Below the pieces are notes generated by a model, which saw only the letters and a program-made list of their open reading frames with translations, was not told the origin of the DNA and made no database searches. DNA of 64,000 bases from Chlorokybus atmophyticus. Its lineage: Eukaryota > Plantae > Mesostigma and Chlorokybus algae. Of this stretch, positions 39,148 to 51,300 are shown in pieces (positions within the stretch are counted from its first letter, which is position 1; every line of letters starts with the position of its first letter). Where the stretch lies: positions 382,634 through 446,633 of the forward strand of contig RHPI01002112.1 in NCBI GenBank assembly GCA_009103225.1, given 5' to 3'. A program made the translations under genes and the position numbers.

Positions 39148-42122
39148 TACACACCTACTTCTCGATTGTACTTTCCAGATACTTCGTGTACAGTTTCTAT
39201 CTTCATGAGTTCCTGCACACGGTTGCCAGCTTTGGGCGCTAGTCCCTGGCACTTGTGCAGCACATCATGTAAGTGTACAAAAGTAGTTCGCAAACGTTAC
39301 AACCACCTGTGCGGTGCTTCTGACTTAGCCTGGAGTAGTAGTGGGCTGCTGCTCAGTGGGTAGTAAGGTTCACATTCAGTACCTAGCTGATACTACAGTG
39401 TTGGAGAGGTTAGGTAGGCAACGCGATACTTGCACTTGTTAGCGCAACAGCTGGTACAGCACTGCAGCAGTGCACTGAATATAACCTCTTCCTCTATGTC
39501 TCTGTCTGTCTCTAGTCTATGTGTGCATCAGAGCGTGTGTGCGTGTGCGCCTCAAGCATGAGCGCTTGTACACATGCGCCTGTGTGTGTGCCTGCCTGCT
39601 GGCTGGCCTGCTCGGAACCGCCTTCAGCACAGAATGGCCACAACCATGGATGCTGAAGGTGCGTAGGCCATGGAATGCAAGGATAGAGCGGTTTGTGAAC
39701 AGCCCGCAAAAGAAAGAAATCAGTACTGTGACTGCCACATAACGCGACACCACTTGGCAGACAGGCATAACTGCTAGTATGGCAAACCTAGGTGCAGCTC
39801 ATCGTATCTACAGACAGCTGTGATGGTTATGATGAGACATCATGAGGTATATTGAAGGATGCACACCATGTCGTGCACAGTCTAGCACCTTACACATTGA
39901 TATACTCAGTAAAGGTAGGGGTTAGGTAGCAAGCAAGCGCATGCCTGAGCCCGGTGGTCACGTTGGTGAGTGATTGTTGTGGTGTTGGCATTGCATGTGC
40001 GCGTAGATTTACAAGTGCGAGTTCCGCCTTGCATGTTTTGTACACTACCACGCGCATATCATATATACAACTCATGCACCAACACGCAAACACACCCAGG
40101 CACCGGTCAGTCATTGACATAGAGTACTCACGGCATAGCAGCAAACACACCAACTCCCACCCATGTATGACACTTACCACAACTGGACTCAAGGGGCTAA
40201 GGGGGCTAGCTATGTGCAGTGCAAGACGCAGCAGCAGCAGGCAGGCGTGGGCGAGATGCAACAAGTAGCCCGTGTGTCAACCTCTCCTCGTATTTAAAAT
40301 CACAGAGTGGCACGCTCACACTCACCTCGGAGGAGATGAAGAGAGGTAAGTAGTGTAGCAGCGACAGCTGCTAACGACGGCAACGATGACATGCGACAGA
40401 TAAAGATGCTGATGCTGATCATGCTGCCACGCCCACAAGCCCCCCACATCATGTTGAACACCACAATGTTAACACTTTATAACTTTAAGGAGTTTGTAAA
40501 GGCCGGCTTTGTTGGTTATCAGGACTACAAGAGCTTTTTAAGCTTGTTAATGCGTGATCAATCGATAATAAAACTCGACGCAATTTACTTAATGACGCCC
40601 AAACCACGTCAAGGTTGCCACCGTCTTGCAAATGTCTTTAACACATTGACAACGCGCACATTGCGGAGCAGTCTACTCGCGCGTTTTACCATAAACACAT
40701 CTCATTCTGTTCTGTATAATAATTAAAAGTGCAATCACGTGCAATTGGGTCGTTGATACCCCTTGAAAGAGGGGGGCGCGGGGGGAGGGGGGGGACTAGT
40801 GTATCACTGTTATAACAATATCTTTGCTTTCACCGATAGCATGTGCAGCATTTGGATTTTCTGTAGCAAGGTGTTGGGTGCATTGCAGCGCAGCTGGCTA
40901 ACCTGATTTGTTGACGGCTAGTGCATTAAGTGTTTGTTAATAACACACCATCACACGCAACCACATGATTATTCACCTACTTTCACATTGCACAGCCACA
41001 CCCTCGCAGATATGTACTCGCACATGTACACTTTAAATGCGTAGTAAACCCCGCAATGCGCCAATACCCACGTTGTCAAATACTAATGTACACATTATCA
41101 TACTACACTGATCGCTCTCCGCCGTGGGCCATACAAATAGACCAACATCTTATTGGTCTACTTGTAACATGCGGCAGTTGAACTTGCAAGGAAGTTTTGT
41201 GCCTTTTTGGCTGACCTCTTGTCATCCCTTCCTTCCCAGAATGAATGAATAACATCAGGCTAGCCAGTAAGCATTGTTACGGTACTGCTATGAACTATTC
41301 GTTGTAAAAATGATTGCTTAAGTGGCAGTGACGGAAGCATGATTATAAAGCTCAGCTGTTGCGACGAACGACGGCAAACAGGTACTTGGGGTTTGCATTG
41401 AAATCAGACATGCTAAGAAATGCAGTTTAAAATTCAAATGTGCGACTTTTACCTATACCGTACTACATCGCGCGTTTCCCGCGCTATTGACGAACTTTGG
41501 CAAACTGATGGAAATTAACGGCTGCTGGGGCCAGTGACGAAAAAAACCAAAGGGTTCAAAGGCCGTCATGACTAAGGGTCGTTTCGCACCGGGAGTTCGG
41601 TCAGCGGTGTTAGTGTGTCGCTTAACCCTGGTGTTAGTGACGCTAACACCGAATTTGGTTAACACCGTTTCGCACAGCAGAGTTAGCTGTGTCTGAGTTT
41701 ATTTTAGCGGTGAACGACGTCTTAGGGTCGTCTCTGGTCGGTCTGGTTGGGCCTGCTTGGCGGCGGCGGCGGCGGCGTTGTGGTTGTCGTGCAGGGCGAG
41801 AGCGGCGGCGGCGGCAGCGGCCGCGGTGGGTGGGTGTTGAGGTGGGGGTGGACCAGTAGATAAACCGGCTGGTTGGGATAGCAGAGTGCGCTGGCCCAAG
41901 CGTGGGCGACTGACTGTGTTGGGGCACAGTACTGCAGCGTCAATTGCAAGCGGGCGACAACCTGCAGGTACATGTGTATGTGTATGTGCGAAGTTAAGGC
42001 TTACAGCATTGACTTGCAGCACTGACTTAAGAAGTTGATGGTCATTTGTGGGTAATTGGTTGTGGTGCTGTTTTCAGAGGCACTGCACTGCACTGTCTCA
42101 TTGGCGTTATTAACTTGCAGGC

Positions 42123-44708
42123 ATGGTGCCACCCCCAGCGCTCACCATGGTTGTATTTGTCATCCTGCTGCTACTCATCCGACAATGGTATATCACACAA
42201 CAACGGTTGTTAAGAAGAATAGCTCTTCGTCGACGGCAGCGCATGCGTGCAGAGCGTCAAAGTGTATCTAACAGAATGTCACTCATGCTGGCCTTGCAGT
42301 GCCGTAATCAACAAGTAGGCAGTTGGTACGTTTTCCCAAGATGTGTGGCTTGGTTCGACGAGTTTGTGACTGCTGTATGGCCTAGTGAGATGTGGGTTAG
42401 ACATTTTCGCATGAAGCGGAGCACCTTTAACAAAGTATGCGAGTTGGTTAGTGGTATTGCTACTGTGGACACCAATGCTAGGCTTGCAATACCATTGCGC
42501 AAGCGGGTTGGCATAGCAGTGTATAGGCTGGCTCATGGGGCAAAGTATGTCACTATTTCAGAGTTATTTGGAGTGGGCGTTAGCACAGTGCACGAGATAG
42601 TTATTGCATTTGTAACAAAATCAAGAGAGGTCGCGAGCCAGCATGTGTACTTTCCTCCGGACCGCAAGCTGCGGCGTGTGATGGTCAAGTTTGAAAGTGA
42701 GAGTGGATTTATAGGCTGTGCTAGAGCTCTTGACTGCACGCATGTGCGCATCATCAAGCCAAAGATAACGCGACCTGCTGATTACTGGAGCCGGAAGGGG
42801 TTTTATAGTGTTGTCATGCATGTAACAATGCCAGCTAGTAAATGTGCAATATATGTCTGTGATGTACGTGTTGGCCTGCATTCATTGGCACTGTTACGAT
42901 TGCAGGCCATTGTGGATCATGATGTTCGCTTCTTGGACATCAACGTGGGCTTCCCAGGCAGTGTCCATAACACACGCATCTGGCGTAACTCTGAGTTTTA
43001 TGCACGAGTACAACGCGGGGAGTTGTTACAGGCACCGGTAGTGGAGTTACCAATGGGAGACACAATCAAGCCATACTTGTTGGGTAAGCTTATGCGAATA
43101 ATGTGACACTATCGGATGTGATGCAATTGTGCACTGCACTCNNNNNNNNNNNNNNNNNNNNNNNNNNNNNNAAGGTACCTAACGAGATAGTGATCACATT
43201 TTATCAAATGTGACACTAAATAGGCTTGAATAAGCGGTTCTACAACCATTGGGACTTATTTAAGCTAAAGCACTATAGCCTTTAATAAGCGAGGAACCGT
43301 AGAAAAAAGGTATAAAGGTATAAGCATATTTAGATACTTATTTATACAAAAAGTGTTATTTAGGTAGCAATAATACCCCTATTATTATTGCTCCCGTTAC
43401 ATTCCCCCCCACTTAGGTTTTTAATGTCCTCGTCGAACTCAAGTTGATCAGGCTTGATTTTGAGTAATTGTAACCAGTGAGATAGCAGGAAACGACAGGG
43501 TGGTAATGAAACTGCACTGCCAGTCTGTCATAAAATCAAGCCCACAGTTTACGGGACAGGACGTGAATCCCAATAAGCTCAAAGCAACTCGCGGCAGTGC
43601 GTAAAATGCCTGACAGGCTCCCAACTGTTATGTTCTGGGCCATACCCTTTTCATTTCACCAAATAGCGAGTTGCGCGTCCGCGACTATTTAGCTTATGGT
43701 TTAATATAGCTTCCACCTCGTATTCGAGCTCGCTGTCCACCTCAAGTAGCGGTGGTGGAGGCTGTGTTCTACCGTCTGAGCGATAAGGTTTCAACAAGTT
43801 CACATGGAACACGTTGTGTATACGCACACTTGAGGGGGCAATTGCAGTCGATAAGCGTGCGTACTTACTCTATCAGTGATAGAGAAAGGACCTACCATCG
43901 GGGCAGCAACATGCGAGCACCCGTACCTTTGATGGTTATGTTCTTTGCGTTGAGCAAAACTTTATCGCCGACATCCAAAGTGGCCATTCCTTGATGTGTA
44001 TCAGCATAAGCTTTTTGCCTCGCCTGTGGTTATGACAGACATAGCTTGGCTCGAGCCAAATTTTCTCGCATATCACTGGCAAATTCCTTTGCCGCTGGTA
44101 TAGTTTGGGCATTGCGAGGTACACGCAATGACGCTGGTGTGTTCGGGCGAATCCCGTAATTCCAAAAAAATGGGGTTTCCTTTACACTTTCCTGCCACGC
44201 GTTGTTTACAGCGAACTCTGCCATTGGCAAGTACCTGTCCCAATCAGCATGGTTAGGAGCCACATAGTGGCGAAGCATTGCTTCTAGTATTTGATTTGCT
44301 CGCCCCCCCCTCACACACGCGCGCGCGCTCACAGGTGATGCAGGCTATCCCAATTCCGAGCACATTGTTGCGCCATATCCAAGTGTGCGAGGCAACCAAG
44401 CCATGCCAGAGTTTAAGCATGTATTCAACTTCAAGCACAGCTCTGCACGTATGTGTGTCGAGCATGCATTTGGGGTGCTCAAAAAGCGGTGGACGCTACT
44501 TGGGAGGGAGATCACAAATGACTTGCAACACGTCTCCACAATGGTTGTGGCATGTGTGGTATTGCACAACTTTCTGATTGAATGTAAAGAAGATATGCCC
44601 GAGGTTGATGATATTATAGAAGAGGAGGATGACTCGTACATGGATGAAGATGATCAGTTAGATGCACATGATATCAGAGATAGGCTAGCTCAATTGTTTG
44701 ATGTATAA
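42123..44708 (+). CDS. Harbinger DDE transposase; introns at 42822-42905 and 43085-44334
   Basis: Motifs [43 protein letters not shown] (D), [14 protein letters not shown]|DAGYP (D) and [18 protein letters not shown] (E), followed by ACVVLHNF. Confidence 0.9.
43172..44303 (-). mobile_element. Chromovirus fragment (half 3' LTR, PPT, chromodomain, integrase C-terminus) in Harbinger transposase intron 2
   Basis: 1132 bp nearly identical to 48958-50089; I saw two differences in the LTR. It starts at an N-gap and ends in poly-C, with no TSD. Confidence 0.85.
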
Positions 44709-44713
44709 CCAAA

Positions 44714-47061
44714 CTAAATAGGAGGGCGCATGACAGCTGCTAATGCCCCAATGGACCTCTCTATGCTGGCATTAGCATCCTTTGCGAGTTCACGCGTGAA
44801 CTCCATCTCCTCTTTGAACATGATTTGCTGAGCACGCATGCGCTCGCGTTCCAAGTCTATCAGCATGATAGTGTTCTGATTGAACGCTGCCACCACCGCA
44901 TCATTAGCTACTGAACCTTTACGCTGGCGTCCGCTTGAGTTCTCCGGTGCTGATGTTCTGTCCGAGTCTGCAACATACATACACTCGGTCATTGCTTACA
45001 CATGTAAGACAACACAACTTTATTGCGCACACCTGCATCTGGTTCGGGGCTCGAAGAATCCCAGGCATGTTGCGTGGGATCTGCTGCATGAGAGTTCTTG
45101 CGCCCATTCCACAAGGCGTCATACAAGGCCGAAGAGTTGAGCAGCAACTGTGATTTCATATTAGCAAGCTTCTTTTCTTCAGCTGTCATCCTGAAGTAGT
45201 CTTTGTTTCCACTAGAGGTAATGAAGTCGCGTACCTCCATAAACTGAGCCTTGACTGCCTTCCACCTGTTGAGTGACCAGAATCTGATCAGATGTATGTA
45301 CAAGTGCAATTGTGTGCGTGAGTGTGCATGCGTGCGCGTGCGCGTGCGTGTGCGTGACTGAGTGTGCAATCTGGTCTATGTGCAAGTGTTTGTGTATAAG
45401 TATGCGTGTTCACTTATAGACCAAAATCAGATCTGTGTGCAAGTGTGTGCTTGTGTATGAGCGTGCGTGCTGAATCAGATCTGTGTGCAAGTGTTTGTAA
45501 ACGCATGTGTGTGCGTATGCAGTCAGATCTGTGTGCAAGTGTTTGTGAATGCGTGTGTGTGCGTATGCAGTCAGATCTGTGCGCAAGTGTTTGTCAATGC
45601 GTGTGTGTGCGTATGCAGTCAGATCTGTGTGCAAGTGTTTGTGACGTTTGTGTATACGTGTGCGCGTGCGTGTGAGTGCGCGTGCTACCCAAGCTACATG
45701 CACACCTAAGCACGCACCTATTCTTGCATTATAGTAGGGTCCGCGTCCAGTCCAGGTCTTGTTCACCGCACATGGCATACACCTCCGTCCACTTCTGAGG
45801 CTGTGACTTAGTTTGTTGATAGATGCCGCCCTCCAAGGTCTTGGCATCCATGACATTCCATGCATCAATCATGCACATAGTCTCCTCTACACTCCACTCG
45901 GGATCACGAGCTCGCATTGGCTCGGCATCATTACCCTTGCCGCGCTTGGCCTTCTTGCCTGCCTCGCGTTGACGCCTCTTTTCTTTAATAACTATAGGGC
46001 ACAAGCATGGTCAGTGCTGCACGGTTGACACAATCACTCAATATTTATACTATACTCACTATTCTCCGCCAGCAGTTCGGGGGGGCAGCGAAGGGTGACA
46101 GTAGGGCGCAGGTGTCGTGGAAGTTGAGCGGATGCTGGCTGTTGTGAAGCCGTGCTGTAAGGTTGTCGTGCAGGCATTCCGTCAGCAGGTAGCTCACGTT
46201 GCTCTTGTTGTGAATGTTGCTGCTGATGAGGTGGGTGCTGGTAGCCACTACCGTGGCTATCAAAGTGCTCTGCTGCCATAGATAAGGTTAAGAAGTACGA
46301 CAAGAGGCAACAGAGGCAGCAATGTAAAGCATTCAACGGTGGAAGGGATGCACAGTTACCTTGGTTAACATATGCATGTTGAGATTGCTGCTGTTGTGGT
46401 TGCTGATAACCGCTTTCCTAGCTATTATAATGCCCTACAGCCATGCGCATAGTTAACAAGCAGCAAACAAGCAATAGTTCGTATACTGTCAACACTGCAG
46501 CAAGCAACAATTGCAGCACAATTAACCAACAGAGCAAACGATATTATACAGCAAGTACCTTGATTGGCAAATGTTTGGTGAGGGTGCTGCTGCTGATGTT
46601 GTTGATGACAGCCGCTGCCCTGAGTATCATACTGCCCTGCGCATGCACATGTGCCTAGTTAAGAAGCAAAACACACAGGCAAGCGGACTGCATGCCATCA
46701 AAGCAAAATGCTCATGTTACCTTGACTAACGTAGTCATAATGTTCATTTAAGGGCGGACCTTGGGCGCCCTGGTTGGGTTGCACATACCCGTCCATACTG
46801 TGCAACACAACTACGCATAAATAACATGCTGGCCATCAACTGCGTCGAGTGGCGCAAGCCCACAAACACCATGGATGTTAGTGTTATGCTTGCTTGTAGC
46901 CAGGAAAAATATTGCAAACCTGAACTACAGGGTGCAATGAAGGTGACCAGCTGGCTCTCGGCCGCCGCCAACTTCTCCTCCGCCGCCGCAGCCACCGCCG
47001 CCGCCGTATGCTGCACTGGAAGGCGCTGTGAACTTGTGAAATTGTAACTTACTCCCGCCAT
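44714..47061 (-). CDS. Harbinger Myb/SANT-like DNA-binding protein (ORF1); multi-exon
   Basis: Contains WSVEETMCMIDAW...QKWTEVYAMC...WTRT and a later exon RWKAVKAQFMEVRDFITSSGNKDYFRM, with a coiled-coil C-terminus. It lies inside the TIRs, convergent with the transposase. Confidence 0.75.
45370..45650. repeat. 48-bp intronic minisatellite (core tcagatctgtgtgcaagtgtttgt), about 6 copies
   Basis: The core recurs at a 48-bp period near 45475, 45523, 45571 and 45619, with diverged copies upstream. Confidence 0.9.
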
Positions 47062-48390
47062 GATTTTGGCGGGACGCAGCTAACCCCGAGCTAAACCATC
47101 AATTTTGATGGTTTAGCAACAGCAGGGCGGCTAACACCGGAGTTAAGCCGACTTGGACTAACTCCGATCGCTAACTCCCGGTGCGAAACCGGACTAGGCG
47201 GCTCTTTCGGAGTTAGTCCGACGTGGCGGCACTAACTCCGGTCGCTAACACCCGGTGCGAAACGACTCTAATAGTTAGTAGCACTAACATATAATAAACT
47301 TGGAATCATGATCACGTGCTTCATTCATTATAAAAGGATGACTCTTTTAGGACCCATCGTTACGATGTGTAAGTTATGGCAGAATATTTATTGAGTTGAT
47401 TGGCATATGAGTGTTTCTTTGATGTTGGTGAAGTGTTTGTGAGTTTACAGCCCAGACCTGCGCGACATGCCATGGTATTATCAATTGTCCATGCCATAAA
47501 ACGAAAGAATGAATATGTAAATAATATGTAAATAATTAAATAGGTTACATGTGTTCATTTGCAGACATTGATGCTATTGCAAGGCAACTTGCCTCCAATG
47601 TGCTTGAGATGGCATGTGCTATACACGCTAGATCATGTTACGCTGACAGTGATGGCATGACCTTAAGCTTTCCAAGAGGCTTATTTTCATGCCAACAAAT
47701 CCATGTACTACTTTTGTAATGTACCTCGAGTTTTACTCCCATCGATATATGGCATGTTGCACAAAGCGTAACACTTTTGCCACAACCTCGTAGCCCAAAC
47801 AGTTCAAGCTTTTGTACTCAAAAAAATTTGGTTTTCAGCCTAGCGTTAAGGGGTAATTTTGTGGTATTCCATGCATTTCAATTTATTTCCGTTCAAGGTG
47901 AGGGCTCGACCTAACCGTTATGTGACAAAAGTTTGGGCAAATTGTATATATGATAAAAGATGATGGGCTTAAGCCAAATGCCAATATATCCAACATCACG
48001 ATGTGCTATAGCATAAGCACTTATTCTGAATTGCAGAGGTCGCAATTGTTGCAACATGCACACGTAATGCTAATGTATAAATTTTAAGTGCCACATTATG
48101 ATTCAAGTTTTTCTCCACAATGTCCGTCACATCACGCGCTGCGTTTATAGGCGTGCACACCAATTGTACATCAAGACGCTTGCGGCCGTCGATGCCATCA
48201 GAATCAGCGGTGCTTTGCTTGTTCTTGTAATTTGCATGGAAGCTTTTGTTCGCAATCACCTTCGCGGATGACATGTTGAGAATTGCAATTTTGACGATAC
48301 ACGCAGCGCCACGCAAAGCTGGTGGGCTCGAACAGATAACACTTTGCATGCATGCGACAGTCGTATGTGTTTAACACCAATCACACACCT

Positions 48391-51300
48391 TGTAATGGGA
48401 GCAATACCAATAGGGGTATTATTGCTACCTAGATAACACTTTTTGTATGAATAAGTATCTAAATATGCTTATTTATACCTCTTTTCTACGGTTCCTCGCT
48501 TATTATAAGCTATGATGCTTTATCATAGCTTAAATAAGTCCCAATGGTTGTAGAACCGCTTATTCAAGCCTATTTAGTGTCACATTTGATAAAATGTGAT
48601 CACTATCTCGTTAGGTACCTTACGATAGGTATCTTTCGATAGGTACCTTATCGATAGGTACTGTAACAGCACCACCGTCGCCGGTGATGCCCCTTCGATC
48701 TTCTACCCCAACACCCACACCGCCTATGACAAGCCTTTCAGCGGCGTGGCCGCCACTGAGCAGAGAACTCAAAGTCAGGTCACATCAGTTTGATGTCACT
48801 TTTATATCAAGAGTATATCAAATATATACCTCTCGATATATAACTCACAACTAGACATCGACCCTACATATAGGGTAGTTAGGAAGTCTAGCGTGAGCCA
48901 ATCACAGCTCAGATAAGGTACCTATCAATAAGGTACCTATCGAAAGATACCTATCAAAAGGTACCTAACGAGATAGTGATCACATTTTATCAAATGTGAC
49001 ACTAAATAGGCTTGAATAAGCGGTTCTACAACCATTGGGACTTATTTAAGCTAAAGCACTATAGCCTTTAATAAGCGAGGAACCGTAGAAAAAAGGTATA
49101 AAGGTATAAGCATATTTAGATACTTATTCATACAAAAAGTATTATTTAGGTAGCAATAATACCCCTATTATTATTGCTCCCGTTACATTCCCCCCCACTT
49201 AGGTTTTTAATGTCCTCGTCGAACTCAAGTTGATCAGGCTTGATTTTGAGTAATTGTAACCAGTGAGATAGCAGGAAACGACAGGGTGGTAATGAAACTG
49301 CACTGCCAGTCTGTCATAAAATCAAGCCCACAGTTTACGGGACAGGACGTGAATCCCAATAAGCTCAAAGCAACTCGCGGCAGTGCGTAAAATGCCTGAC
49401 AGGCTCCCAACTGTTATGTTCTGGGCCATACCCTTTTCATTTCACCAAATAGCGAGTTGCGCGTCCGCGACTATTTAGCTTATGGTTTAATATAGCTTCC
49501 ACCTCGTATTCGAGCTCGCTGTCCACCTCAAGTAGCGGTGGTGGAGGCTGTGTTCTACCGTCTGAGCGATAAGGTTTCAACAAGTTCACATGGAACACGT
49601 TGTGTATACGCACACTTGAGGGGGCAATTGCAGTCGATAAGCGTGCGTACTTACTCTATCAGTGATAGAGAAAGGACCTACCATCGGGGCAGCAACATGC
49701 GAGCACCCGTACCTTTGATGGTTATGTTCTTTGCGTTGAGCAAAACTTTATCGCCGACATCCAAAGTGGCCATTCCTTGATGTGTATCAGCATAAGCTTT
49801 TTGCCTCGCCTGTGGTTATGACAGACATAGCTTGGCTCGAGCCAAATTTTCTCGCATATCACTGGCAAATTCCTTTGCCGCTGGTATAGTTTGGGCATTG
49901 CGAGGTACACGCAATGACGCTGGTGTGTTCGGGCGAATCCCGTAATTCCAAAAAAATGGGGTTTCCTTTACACTTTCCTGCCACGCGTTGTTTACAGCGA
50001 ACTCTGCCATTGGCAAGTACCTGTCCCAATCAGCATGGTTAGGAGCCACATAGTGGCGAAGCATTGCTTCTAGTATTTGATTTGCTCGCTCAATTTGTCC
50101 GTCCTTTTGCGGGTGGAAAGCAATCGACATGCTTTATTTTACCCCCAACAACTCACAGACTTCTCTCCAAAACTTGGAGACAAACCGAGGATCACGATCT
50201 GTGATAAGCTCACGCGGTACACCGTAACTTCGAAAGACCGTGAACACAAATAAATGTGCTAAATCCCGTGCACTGACAGTTGTGCAACACGGGGCAAAAT
50301 GCACCATTTTGGTCAAATGGTGGGCAAAAACCACAATAGCAGTGTATTTGGCTGCTGTTTTAGGTAGGTCAGTAATCAAATCTATACTGACACTATCCCA
50401 TTTTTGGTCTGGGATTGCCAATAGTTTAAGCAATCCCGCTTGTTTTTGTCGTAGTGGCTATTACGTTGACACACGTCACATGTGCGAACATATTGATCCA
50501 CATCAGCTGACATTGACGGCCACCCGTATAACTGTTGCGCAGCTTTGAGTGTTTTGTGTTTTCCTAAATGCGCAGCATACGGCAGGTCATGCACTGATTG
50601 TAAGCAATGCTTACGCAAGTCGCCCGAGTTGGGAATTGCCAACTGCTCCTCTTTATACCACAGATTGCCAACAGCAGTAAGCTATTGCAAGTTGGTTTGA
50701 CTGCTAAACCAATTATCTGACTTATAACCTGTGGACACTTCCTTTAGGAAAGGATCTTCAGGCTGTTGCACTTCAGGCTGTTGTACTTTGAGAGCGCGTA
50801 AGTGCCAAAGGAGCAGGGCTACGACTTAGTGGATCCGCCACATTGGTGCGACCCGGACGGTATTGCCAAGTGAAAGTGAAACGAGAAATGAATTCATTCC
50901 ACCTAGCTTGCCACCTCGACAGGTTCTGTTGCGTGTGAAAGAATGTGAGCGGGTTATGATCAGTAACCATTGAAAACTCCACACCTTTCAAGTAGCAACG
51001 CCATGTGCGCAGCGCGTGCTCTACCTCGAGCAATTCCTGCTCGGTGGTTGTGTAATTACGTTCAGCATGAATGAACTTTTTGCTTTCATATGCACATGGT
51101 CTGTCATTCTCAGAAGGCTGTAGAAGGACTGCCCCACACCCAATGGTGGAAGCATTTCTGATCACCAGAAAAGGCTTGGTGTGGTCGGGGAAGGCCAACA
51201 CAGGGGCTTGTGTTTATGCATCTTTAATGCATGTAAAAGCAACCTCGTGTGCCTCCGTCCACACAAATTTAACATCCTTTTTTAGTAAAGATGTTAAATG

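Larger units (their letters stand above)
41576..47268 (+). mobile_element. PIF/Harbinger DNA transposon, apparently full-length
   Basis: TIRs gggtcgtttcgcaccggg (41576-41593) and cccggtgcgaaacgactc (47251-47268) match 17/18. The TAA TSD is at 41573-41575 and 47269-47271. CTAAC(A/T)CCG subterminal repeats occur at both ends, and the transposase and Myb/SANT genes are convergent. Confidence 0.93.

Noticed and set aside
40755-40800. Helitron-like end or G-quadruplex (cccc...gggg, G-runs, then ctagt)
   Set aside because: The stem is only 4-5 bp, and poly-G runs in this assembly are associated with gap closure, so the sequence is unreliable.
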